Shown: positions 1 to 8,543, counted from the first letter of the stretch. The stretch is DNA of 15,219 nt from Bdellovibrionota bacterium FG-2 (GCA_051382305.1 JBBCAV010000166.1:1-15219); one strand, 5' to 3'. Numbers and translations: made by a program. Notes: generated by a model from the sequence alone, not told the origin.

Positions 1-18
1 CCCTTAGTCTAAAGCGAC

Positions 19-38
19 TGTGGATAGATTGTGGATAA
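19..38. promoter_or_regulatory. Two tandem DnaA-box-like 9-mers (TGTGGATAG 19-27; TGTGGATAA 30-38)
   Basis: 30-38 is the exact reverse complement of the consensus DnaA box TTATCCACA. 19-27 has one mismatch. Both have the same orientation with an 11-bp period. Function cannot be established from two boxes at a window edge. Confidence 0.5.
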
Positions 39-357
39 CCGTTACGGACAAATCTTAATGCGTTAGCCAGTACGCGAATACGAGGTTGTAAGTCAAAGGT
101 CGAACCTGACTTTCAAAATGATCCATGAAAATTCACGTTGACAGGGGACCGTCTATACGAGGGCAATCAAACGCGGTTTCCTTTTAGCCCTACCCTCCTG
201 AAATCGCTCAAAGACGGGAGCCGCGCGTCCAGGGGGAGAACAAAAGACTCGTTCTCACGTGAAATCTTGCTTACTGAGACTGTCGACATAAGTGTACGAA
301 ATTTATAAACTTATATCAGATTCATAGTACCTGCCTTTAAATTGATTAGATTCAAAC

Positions 358-402
358 TTTTAAAGGTCTAAATATTGTACTATAATAACGATAAATAGGA
401 GG
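358..402 (+). promoter_or_regulatory. Putative sigma70 promoter, operator and RBS of the Phd-ParE/RelE TA operon
   Basis: Perfect -10 TATAAT at 381-386 and weak -35 TTTTAA at 358-363 (17-bp spacer). An imperfect palindrome TATTGTACTATAATA (373-387) overlaps the -10. Shine-Dalgarno AGGAGG at 397-402, 9 nt before ATG 412. Confidence 0.6.
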
Positions 403-411
403 GATCAGCCC

Positions 412-714
412 ATGAAAGCCGTCCAAATTGCCAGAGATATTGTGCCCATCGCGGAGTTCAAAGCACAGTCCGCAAGCTGGCTGGAGCACGTCCGAACCTC
501 GGGGCATCCCGTCGTAATTACCCAAAATGGCAGGCCCGCAGGTGTGCTGATTTCTCCCGAAGAGTTTGACCGGATTCAACACCAAAGCATTGAGTTTATT
601 CGTGGCGAAATCCGAGCAGGCGAAGCCGCTATCGCAGCGGGCAAGATCTATACGTCAGAAGAGGTAAAAAGTCACCTTGAGGCTCGCAGAAAAATCAGGA
701 AAAATCTGAAATGA
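412..714 (+). CDS. Type II antitoxin, Phd/YefM family
   Basis: Phd/YefM signature IVPIAEFKAQ...PVVITQNGRPAGVLISPEEF. Strong RBS. ATGA overlap with the downstream toxin. Confidence 0.92.
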   Translation: MKAVQIARDIVPIAEFKAQSASWLEHVRTSGHPVVITQNGRPAGVLISPEEFDRIQHQSIEFIRGEIRAGEAAIAAGKIYTSEEVKSHLEARRKIRKNLK

Positions 715-1004
715 AAGTGATCTGGACCGAACCTGCTCGCGATCGACTTATTGAGATCGAAGAATACATTGAGCAAGACTCCCCCGAGCGCGCCGTTAGT
801 TTCGTTTTAGAACTCATGGTGCAAACTGAAGCACTTGCGAATTTTCCGGAATCAGGCCGCATTGTCAGCGAAGATGAAACGCAATCCGCGCGGGAGCTCA
901 TCTATAAAGGGTATAGGATTATCTACCGAATCGGCAACTCGTCGATTTACATTTTGAGTGTTTTTGAGGGATCGCGACTCATTAGGAGAGACGATCTAAA
1001 ATAG
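711..1004 (+). CDS. Type II toxin, RelE/ParE family (ParE-like)
   Basis: MKVIWTEPARDRLIEIEEYIEQDSPERA...FPESGR...RELIYKGYRIIY...ILSVF is a typical ParE/RelE pattern. 97 aa, coupled to the antitoxin. Confidence 0.92.
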   Translation: MKVIWTEPARDRLIEIEEYIEQDSPERAVSFVLELMVQTEALANFPESGRIVSEDETQSARELIYKGYRIIYRIGNSSIYILSVFEGSRLIRRDDLK

Positions 1005-1082
1005 CGGCCCCCGCGCACCTTCTCCTTGACCAACTCCCGCCTCACACTCTAAAACCAGCACGCTCCCTGCAGTGATGCCCCC

Positions 1083-2957
1083 TCACCCCAGCGACACTCG
1101 ATGCGCAAGCCACTTGGGCAACAGTCGCGCCCCAAACCGCACGCAGCGTTCTTGAATTGCCGCTTCATCATAGCGACTCGTGACCAAGATGCTTTGGCTC
1201 GCGATGCCCAATTTTTCGATGACATCGAGCCCCGTTTCTCCTTTGGGACCCCCAAGTTCATAATCACAAAGGTAGAGCGGAGTATCGCCGGCCTCGCCCA
1301 ACCCTAGGCTCGAACGAAACCATTTTAAAATCTCTTGAGCGGAATAAAAATGCAGCACCACCACCGCACTCTTTGGCGGACTCTCGGGCGCTTCTTCAGA
1401 TTTCAAGCGCGCGGCTTGGTATGCGCATAGGCGCGACTCCCAGATCTGGTGAATGCCTGGGTCATCATCCAAGACGACAATCGTTTTCATACCCTCCACC
1501 GGAACCTTCGGCGCAAACCACGCTGGCGCGTCTGCTTTGAGAAGCTTTAATCGAATAGCGGTGCCTGAATCTTGATTTGACTCAATCTCAAGCGAGCCCC
1601 CCCACGATTCAATCGTTTTCCTCGCGTGATACACGCCCAGGCCCGATCCCCCCGCCTTGCCATGAGTCTCGCCCTGCACGCCAATTTTAGCTAAAAGATG
1701 CGGAGGAATTCCCTTGCCGTTATCGCGCACTTCAATCACGGCCCTGCCACCTTCTTCTCGAAGGGAGACATCGATGCGGCCGCCTTTTTCGAACGCTTCA
1801 ACTGAGTTGTTGACCAAGTTTGAGACGACCCGTGAAAATTCAGTGAGCTGAAGGTTGGCAAAAAGCCCATAGACGTCGTCAGTGTGTGATTCGATGGTGA
1901 TTAGCGGGTTTTCGGCATATTGCAAGCGTTTTGAGGACACCGCCGATTCGAGGACGGCAGAGAGGAGTTGGGTGGAGCGCTCCTCTTGGGAGAGGACCGA
2001 TGGACCTGGCGCCGCGAGCACGTTAGCGTTTCCGTTTCCGACTCCGGCGTCGGAGTGGGTTTCAAGATGCGCGCCCGGAAGGACTATCGTGTTTTTATCT
2101 CTATTGTGTTCTCGGTTTTTATCCAACAGCTGATTTGCAATGTCGCGTATGCGATTCGCAGCGCCGCGCAACTGCACGCGCGCGTCTTCGGGAAGACCAG
2201 GGCTATTGTGCGCGACGGAGATCAGTGTTGCAAGCGGGGAGCGGATGTCGTGGGAGACTTGGGTGGCGACTGCAGATAGCATAACCGCTTCCCGACTTTT
2301 GGCCTCTTTCAACCGAAACTGCTCTTCGGCATTCCGAGCCTCTGCAGCAAAGAGAGCAATTTTGCGAAAAAAATCATAGTGGATGCGTTTTTGAGCAGTG
2401 GGCTCAAAGTTCGCTAGACTCTGTGAATCCTGACCTTCGGGTGAAACCAATATTTCAGCAGTCCTCTCCAAATCATCTTGCCACCATGAAAGGTGCTTAG
2501 CAGCGCGCCAAAACAAAACGCCACCTATAATTAAAACAGCTAAATAAAGCGCGTATATTGACCACGGTTCCTCGTGCAAAATAGACCAGGCCTGCACCTC
2601 GACACTTTCGCCACTTTGTGTGACATGCCGGAACGTGAATGAGGGTGAGGTATCCCAGTCGGTCGAAAAATAGTCTTTTGGAAACTGGATCGTAGTTTTG
2701 TCTGCATACCGGATTTTCACTCGAACACGCCCCGACAGCAGAGCCTGCATGTTCTTGTTCAACTCAAAATGATCTTTGCTAGAGATAGCTTCATCCGAAA
2801 CCTTCAGAAGTTGCTCAACAAGTACTCGCTCGGAAGACAACATGGCGACTTGGCGGGTTTCTCGAAATGCGAACACGGTCACGCACAAGATCAACACACA
2901 CAGGACGATCAGGGGCAAAAAGACTGTTTTAAAGATGACGCCTTCAGACTTGATCAC
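1083..2957 (-). CDS. Membrane-bound hybrid sensor histidine kinase (2 TM, HisKA, HATPase_c, C-terminal receiver)
   Basis: H-box QVSHDIRSPL, N-box SNLVNNSVEA, G1 DNGKGIP, G2 GGSGLGV. Receiver motifs VVLDDD, LCDYEL, LVTS and LLPK. Two hydrophobic segments flank a ~100-aa periplasmic loop. GTG start overlaps the upstream TGA (GTGA at 2957-2954). Confidence 0.92.
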   Translation of the reverse strand: MIKSEGVIFKTVFLPLIVLCVLILCVTVFAFRETRQVAMLSSERVLVEQLLKVSDEAISSKDHFELNKNMQALLSGRVRVKIRYADKTTIQFPKDYFSTDWDTSPSFTFRHVTQSGESVEVQAWSILHEEPWSIYALYLAVLIIGGVLFWRAAKHLSWWQDDLERTAEILVSPEGQDSQSLANFEPTAQKRIHYDFFRKIALFAAEARNAEEQFRLKEAKSREAVMLSAVATQVSHDIRSPLATLISVAHNSPGLPEDARVQLRGAANRIRDIANQLLDKNREHNRDKNTIVLPGAHLETHSDAGVGNGNANVLAAPGPSVLSQEERSTQLLSAVLESAVSSKRLQYAENPLITIESHTDDVYGLFANLQLTEFSRVVSNLVNNSVEAFEKGGRIDVSLREEGGRAVIEVRDNGKGIPPHLLAKIGVQGETHGKAGGSGLGVYHARKTIESWGGSLEIESNQDSGTAIRLKLLKADAPAWFAPKVPVEGMKTIVVLDDDPGIHQIWESRLCAYQAARLKSEEAPESPPKSAVVVLHFYSAQEILKWFRSSLGLGEAGDTPLYLCDYELGGPKGETGLDVIEKLGIASQSILVTSRYDEAAIQERCVRFGARLLPKWLAHRVSLG

Positions 2958-4327
2958 TTATTCTCCGAATTCACGCGAAACGACGAAACACGAACCGTGA
3001 ACAGACCAAAGTCTCGATAATGTTCAAGGGTGAAACGTTTTGACATAACCAAAGGTCGACGTAAGCGAAAAAGAGGAAAATAGAGTCCAGTACTGCTCAG
3101 AGTAGCCTCCAACGCTCGTAGTGAGTCTTTAGAGCGTGCGCGAGAGTAATTTTCCCACGCCATGCTCAGCCTCTTTGCCGCTTTGGGATTGAGATTACGT
3201 AAAGCCGCCTGATAAAATGAGGAGAGGAAATCGAGAGGGGCATCGGAGTTTGCAATTTCCGCGTAAACATACCCATCAGACCCACCCGCAACAAGGTCCG
3301 AAATAAATGCCGTAAACGGTGTCTCTATGATGGTCGCCGAGACACCGGCCTTGGCAAACCAATTCTTCAAAGCGCTTTGTAACTTTTTAGCATTCGGCAT
3401 GCCGCAGATGTAGCGAAAACCCAAAGGCTTCTTAGAACTGCCCCCAGCAGGAGATAATTCTGTTCCACGCACTGGTGGATCAAGACTTACATCGATTCCA
3501 AACTCCTGTGGGAGGATAGAGAATTGCGCGGGGCTTTCAAGCGCCCAATCAGCACGAAACTGTTTCGCATCAAATGAAGAAATCAGTTTCCCGACTTGGG
3601 GCTGACGTTTGCTTTGAGGCCGTGGGCCCATCGAAACCAGCCAATACCCTGCAGAGTCGACTTCTTTATATTGATAGCTACCGGGTTTACAGCCTGCTTT
3701 GAGTAGATCCTCACGGGTGGGCATGTAAAAGAGGAGATCGCCAATCTCACCACGACAAAAGGCTTGATACGCGTCATTAGGCTTCATGACATAAATTTCG
3801 AAGGTGCTGGGACTTCCTTTGACTCTTGGCCCCGACGCCAATTGAGAGGTCGAAGGCTCCAGCAGCATTGATTTATCCGTCACTCGAGAAATTCGATAAG
3901 CACCGCAACTCACCGGAAGCTCATGCCCATTGGTTTTTTTCGTGCGATGAACAAAAAAAGTAGATTCAAGGAGATCGAGGACGTTTGGATAAGGTTGGGC
4001 AAAAACGAGGCGCAAACTCCCAGGCTCCTTGACCTGGATTCCCGCGATCGAACACTTCTTTGCGGAGCACCCCTCGAAGCCCACAAGAAAACGATACCCC
4101 CTCACATCAGAACCTAGCGCAAGGCTACGTGCAAGTTGCTCTTCGAGGCTCCGCTTAACGTACTGTGGAGAAAGTGTCTCGCCGTCGGAGTCTCTCACAC
4201 CATTTTTCAACTTAAATTCAATCTCCTGATCGGGCCGAATAACCGAATAGCTTTCTGCCAGCTCCGGAACCAGTCCCTTTTGAGCGTCTCGTCGCACCAA
4301 CCCGCACATAACATTTGCGCGGATATC
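2954..4327 (-). pseudogene. Family-5 (OppA/DppA-like) solute-binding-like protein, apparently lacking its N-terminus (open frame 4327-2954; first ATG 4309)
   Basis: DIRANVMCGLVRRD..GLVPELAESYSV...EFKLKNGVRDSDGETLSPQYVKRSLE and PVSCGAYRI match the SBP family-5 N-terminal pattern. No signal peptide is present, and an in-frame TAA lies at 4330-4328 just upstream. Confidence 0.65.
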
Positions 4328-4770
4328 TTAGCATCAACACGTGGGCTTCTGGTGGTATTTGTAATTCCTCATCGTGGAGCTATTCGGAATCCGATTGCCA
4401 GGATCTCACTTTACTATGCAACGGGCCTTCTTCCGGAAAGATATACGTGATTGCGGAGACGACTTTTCTTGGGTGTTGGAGTTGCACATCGAGCGAAGTC
4501 GATTCAATTCATAATGACTGGGGGACGCATGGGAGCAGTTACGGCAGCACATCTGTTCGCAATGCATATAGCAGCTACGGCAGCAAATACGGAAGCTACT
4601 CGGCTTGCAATTCCTATAGCGCCAATCCGCCGGTGCTACTAAATTCCGACCGAGGACGGTACGGATATTTAAGTGTCAATACATCGAAAACTTATGGAAT
4701 CTGCAATCAATCATCTACCGCCTATTCAAGTGTCAATTGTAATTTGCTCAAGAGCTATTGCGGAATTTAG
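4315..4770 (+). pseudogene. 3' part of a Cys/Ser/Tyr/Gly-rich tandem-repeat hypothetical protein (probably extracellular)
   Basis: Contains FLGCWSC...DSIHNDWGTHGSSYGSTSVRNAYSSYGSKYGSYSACNSYSANPPVL...YGYLSVN. The first 33 codons after 4320 align ungapped with the C-terminal 33 residues (17/33 identical), so the ORF starts mid-repeat. No RBS or signal peptide; TAA at 4309-4311. Confidence 0.6.
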
Positions 4771-4943
4771 GAATTGGAGAATGACTCTCAAGGATTTTTT
4801 CTCCGCAAAAGTGATACGCCGAGAAAACGTTCAAATTGGGTACTGTCGACTTTCTCTTGCCTATAGCGAACAAGGGTCACAAGAATCGCTGGCATCAATC
4901 AATGCGCACTCAGACAAACAACGTCTTTGAAAAGTAGTTTTTC

Positions 4944-4962
4944 AGGAGTTACAGAGGAGTTA
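4944..4962. repeat. Tandem direct 8-mer AGGAGTTA x2 (4944-4951, 4955-4962)
   Basis: Exact repeat with 11-bp period, about 70 bp beyond the tRNA 3' end. Confidence 0.45.
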
Positions 4963-5030
4963 TCGAAAAGAATTCGCCAAACACATTTCGGAAGAGCCTA
5001 GTTTATGTATTTGCTTTTGTTGGGGATATT

Positions 5031-5108
<78 letters not shown>

Positions 5109-5184
5109 ACACTTCCGAAGAACCTTCTAATTCGCTTGAAACCGTCCAAAAAGCAAGCACTGTGTTCACCCTTCAACCGCCACA

Positions 5185-6108
5185 TTAAATACCCGGAAAA
5201 AGGGTCGTAAACATTAAATAGACCCAACCGATGAGAAAAATCAGCGCTAAGGCTGCAAGCAGGTTTGCCTTAAAGAAACTCTTATTCGGCGGCAAGATCG
5301 AATACCAAGATCGGAAAAGATACTGTGCATTCGCCCCATCCCAAACCGCACGAAGTTTTGGGAAAATGTCGTTTATCATCCCCTCGAGCATCTCTGTGCC
5401 TTGGATCACCGAGGCTTTAGCCGGATCCCCCCAATACCCTTGAGGCGCGGGCCCAAAAAAACTACGCTCACACACCTGCTCTGGAAGGCTTGAAAAAGAA
5501 GGATCGACTTGCACTCCCTCAAGCGCTAGCGCAACAGAAGTATCTCTCGCCCCTCCATGCTCGCGCGGGCGAGACCTAAAGGGCGATGCTTTGACCTGCT
5601 CCTTGGTAACCAGGGCAGAGCTAGCAGAAACAAAGGTCGGCAAAGAGTTCGAGGAGGGCCGAAAGGGGCCGAGCAAACTCCCCAGAACTTGCAGGCCTCT
5701 TCCTCGTGAAACAATCTTCCCTGCCTCCTCAATCGCAGTAAGTTGTCTTGGCCCCCATTGCCCAGAAAAACACACAAAATGACGAAAGCCCAGACGCGTA
5801 AGACCCCGACAAATATCAACTAAGGCATCGCGAAGAACATGCGCTCGAACCGTGAGCGCCAATGAAGAGGTGTTTGAATCAATTCCAAAAGGGAAATCCG
5901 GCAAAACAACCGCCGTCCACCCTGACATCTCGGACTCCAGGCGTGCGCCCGTTTTTCGACAAAGCGCACGGGCTTCCAAAAGATCCAGCGCCAACGGGAG
6001 ATGCACTCCATGATCCTCGAGCGGTCCCACCGGAATAAAAAATACTGTTTTCTGCCGAGAAAGCCCACTTATGCGAGCAAAAGAAAGCGCACTCAGCTCA
6101 AAAGGCAT
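5185..6108 (-). CDS. Creatininase/creatinine amidohydrolase-family protein with C-terminal transmembrane helix
   Basis: IPVGPLEDHGVHLPLALD, GFRHFVCFSG, EHGGARDTS, GYWGDPAKAS. Hydrophobic C-terminus LLAALALIFLIGWVYLMF. Start placed at ATG 6108 because GAGGTG lies 7 nt upstream (6114 also possible; the track's 6153 is unlikely). Confidence 0.85.
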   Translation of the reverse strand: MPFELSALSFARISGLSRQKTVFFIPVGPLEDHGVHLPLALDLLEARALCRKTGARLESEMSGWTAVVLPDFPFGIDSNTSSLALTVRAHVLRDALVDICRGLTRLGFRHFVCFSGQWGPRQLTAIEEAGKIVSRGRGLQVLGSLLGPFRPSSNSLPTFVSASSALVTKEQVKASPFRSRPREHGGARDTSVALALEGVQVDPSFSSLPEQVCERSFFGPAPQGYWGDPAKASVIQGTEMLEGMINDIFPKLRAVWDGANAQYLFRSWYSILPPNKSFFKANLLAALALIFLIGWVYLMFTTLFPGI

Positions 6109-7063
6109 TCTCATGCACCTCGGTAATTCCGAAAAGTCGCGTCGCGTTCCCACCTAAAATCATCTGCGCCTGTTCCGCCTGAATCAGTCCGCCTAAGACG
6201 GCCTCGTCAATGCGTTCAATTCCAATCTTGATATTATCGCCAACAATCGGCCAATCCGAGCCAAAAATCACCCGTTCCGCGCCAATCCGTCGCACCGCCT
6301 CTCCAATAATCTCCGCAGGCTGCCATGATGTTTCAATAACAACGTTAGGGAATTCCTCCGCCAAATCTATCGCCACCATGGGTGAATGCATATTCATATG
6401 CGCCAAAATAAATGTTGCAGGAAAATCCCTAAACCACTTCTTAAAACGTTCCGCATCACCTTGAGCCGGGTCTTTGTAAAGTAAATGCGAGTAAAGACTT
6501 CCGGTATGAATAATAATCGGCAATCCCAAATCACAGGCAGTTTTAATCAGCGTTAAATATTGGGCATAATCCACGCCCTGACCATCGGCCGCAGGGTGAA
6601 TCTTGAGAAACTTCGCGCCAAGCCTGTGGTATTTTTGAAGGGTCCGCTTGGGATCCCGGGTACCAGGAGCCAAATTCACCGCCGGAATCAATCGCGGAAA
6701 TTCCGCACAGGCATCCAACACCAGTTCATTGGGACAAAGAGGAGGATGCGCAATGATCACCGCACGATTTGTTTTCGCGTCCTGCATCGCTTCGATGAGA
6801 TCGGCGAGAGTGGATTCAATAAGCAGCCCTGGAAGCGGCGCAAAGCCACCAAATTCATCAAGTGCTTTCAAGGCGGGGGTGGGGAAATGCCTCATCAGCG
6901 TTTGAAGTTTATGCAACGTCCGCGAAATCGGCCGCCGCCAAAGACGCAAGAACTTTCGAGTTTGCGCAAGCGACCCTGATGCCAGGCCAGGGGCAAGCTT
7001 ACGCAGAGGATCGGGAAACATGTGGACGTGAGAATCAATTATGAGGCGCATGCTCTCTAGCAT
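6098..7063 (-). CDS. Metal-dependent amidohydrolase (Amidohydro_2, TIM barrel)
   Basis: IIDSHVH, LKIHP, IIHTG, ILAHM and IFGSDWP motifs. True start may be ATG 7051. Overlaps the start of the creatininase-like gene. Confidence 0.9.
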   Translation of the reverse strand: MLESMRLIIDSHVHMFPDPLRKLAPGLASGSLAQTRKFLRLWRRPISRTLHKLQTLMRHFPTPALKALDEFGGFAPLPGLLIESTLADLIEAMQDAKTNRAVIIAHPPLCPNELVLDACAEFPRLIPAVNLAPGTRDPKRTLQKYHRLGAKFLKIHPAADGQGVDYAQYLTLIKTACDLGLPIIIHTGSLYSHLLYKDPAQGDAERFKKWFRDFPATFILAHMNMHSPMVAIDLAEEFPNVVIETSWQPAEIIGEAVRRIGAERVIFGSDWPIVGDNIKIGIERIDEAVLGGLIQAEQAQMILGGNATRLFGITEVHENAF

Positions 7064-7116
7064 ACAACTCTAGGTCATTCTGTGGTAGCAATAGATTCAC
7101 AGGGACAAATCTTGAT

Positions 7117-7524
7117 ATGACCATCGCGATTGTAAATGGAGTTTTAGGAACGACCCTTTGCTTTATCCTGGGGCTGGGCCTTTTTGATCTAAGCGCCAGC
7201 GCCATTGTTTTGGCGATTGCCGGCTCAAATTTAGCGGCATTCATCTCACTCATGATCACTTTGCGTGTAGAGAGAATTCGGTGGGTTCGCCGATACATTC
7301 TACGGCGCCCCTTCTTTACGTGGTTCCTACTTTCTGCATGTTATTTCGCAGTTCTTTTAGGGGTATCTCCCGAAGTGCGGGACCCCAGAAAACTTGCATT
7401 CTTGTCAGTCCCCTTGATCCTGAGTACGGGATTCTTCATTTGCGCTTTCGGCCCCGTGCGTGATTGGATAATGGTGCGCAAACAGCTGCGGGCGAAAGAT
7501 CGGCGCGATCACCGGCACGTTTAG
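7117..7524 (+). CDS. Hypothetical integral membrane protein (~4 TM)
   Basis: 135 aa with four hydrophobic segments separated by Arg-rich loops. Fills the gap between two real genes. Confidence 0.7.
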   Translation: MTIAIVNGVLGTTLCFILGLGLFDLSASAIVLAIAGSNLAAFISLMITLRVERIRWVRRYILRRPFFTWFLLSACYFAVLLGVSPEVRDPRKLAFLSVPLILSTGFFICAFGPVRDWIMVRKQLRAKDRRDHRHV

Positions 7525-8002
7525 CGCTTTTAGCACGTGCAATAATGCCCGAGGTACTTCGACCTTTTAAGAAGGATAACGACTTCGCCGCACCGCCCCA
7601 ACTTACCACTTCTTTGGCCCCGACAATCGTGTCCGCCTTCCAATCGCCACCTTTTACCAAGACGTCAGGTTTCAATAGCTTGATGATTTGCAGTGGCGTC
7701 TGCCCACCGAACCACGTGACATAATCCACCGAAGCTAAAGCTGCGATGACAACAGCGCGATCGGACAAAGGATTGAGCGGCCGCGTAGGCCCTTTAAGCT
7801 TTCGAACCGATGAATCGCTATTCAACGCCACAATCAAACAATCGCCGAGCCCTCTGGCTCGCTCCAAATATTCAACATGGCCTCGGTGAAGCAGATCGAA
7901 ACATCCGTTTGTAAAAACAACCCGCTTGCCCGAGGATTGCATTTGGCTGATTGTTTTTCGAAGGGCAGCCCCCGATTTGATCTTTTTCTTCAGAAGCATC
8001 AT
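7436..8002 (-). CDS. rfaE2: D-glycero-beta-D-manno-heptose 1-phosphate adenylyltransferase (RfaE domain II / HldC)
   Basis: [53 protein letters not shown]. Confidence 0.93.
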   Translation of the reverse strand: MMLLKKKIKSGAALRKTISQMQSSGKRVVFTNGCFDLLHRGHVEYLERARGLGDCLIVALNSDSSVRKLKGPTRPLNPLSDRAVVIAALASVDYVTWFGGQTPLQIIKLLKPDVLVKGGDWKADTIVGAKEVVSWGGAAKSLSFLKGRSTSGIIARAKSAKRAGDRADLSPAAVCAPLSNHARGRKRK

Positions 8003-8523
8003 AACCCGCAGACGCGTTTTCCAACGCTCGTATGAAAGATAACCTTTTGGATCATGAGTATGGGCCAGTGAGCAAGGGCAACAAAAACAACGGACAAAAC
8101 AAAAAGACCTGAATTCATCAACACGTTAATCGAAATTTCCTGTTTCCAAAAAGCCCCCGCAAGACCCAGCCCACAAAAAATCAGGCTAAAACTCAAATCA
8201 ACGATGAAAGCCAGAACCCATTTGAAAACACTGGAAAACCGCAAGGCAGACTGCCGCGCGACATCCGAAGTCACTGGTATAATCACGGCCTGCTGAAGTT
8301 GCATAGAAGATGTCGGTTTCTTGAAAAAAGCCGGGGCAAAAGTTGGCGGCCCGGCCGAAACAGCCCCCGATCCTTGAGAATACAGCGTTGAATTAGAAGG
8401 CGAAGCCATTTTTTGGGGAGAATAAGGGAGACCCTCAGAAAAGGGATGAAACCCCAGTCCTTTGCTGAGCGCTTGAAATTTCAAGGGTTGAGCAGGTGTT
8501 TGAGTAGGTGGTTCTTTTTGCAT
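7999..8523 (-). CDS. Membrane protein with partial RDD-like domain and N-terminal low-complexity region
   Basis: N-terminal [21 protein letters not shown], then a Pro/Ser linker, then [12 protein letters not shown]...TM...[10 protein letters not shown], resembling the first half of an RDD domain. ATGA overlap with rfaE2. Confidence 0.65.
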   Translation of the reverse strand: MQKEPPTQTPAQPLKFQALSKGLGFHPFSEGLPYSPQKMASPSNSTLYSQGSGAVSAGPPTFAPAFFKKPTSSMQLQQAVIIPVTSDVARQSALRFSSVFKWVLAFIVDLSFSLIFCGLGLAGAFWKQEISINVLMNSGLFVLSVVFVALAHWPILMIQKVIFHTSVGKRVCGL

Positions 8524-8543
8524 TTCGCTTCCGTCTTATCAGC

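Noticed and set aside
90..113. Hairpin AAGTCAAAGGTCGAACCTGACTT resembling a tRNA T-arm or att remnant
   Set aside because: No cloverleaf can be built and it does not match the tRNA-Pro 3' end.
281..308. Possible dif/XerCD site (TGTCGACATAA-GTGTAC-...)
   Set aside because: Only one arm resembles a Xer box; the other lacks any TTATG-like match.
4673..4930. 85-aa plus-strand ORF (or its shorter ATG 4781 version) as an integrase remnant
   Set aside because: No tyrosine or serine recombinase motifs are recognisable.
5185..7063. Mycofactocin/RiPP cluster suggested by the creatininase-like (MftE-family) gene
   Set aside because: No radical SAM enzyme, precursor peptide or RRE protein lies nearby.
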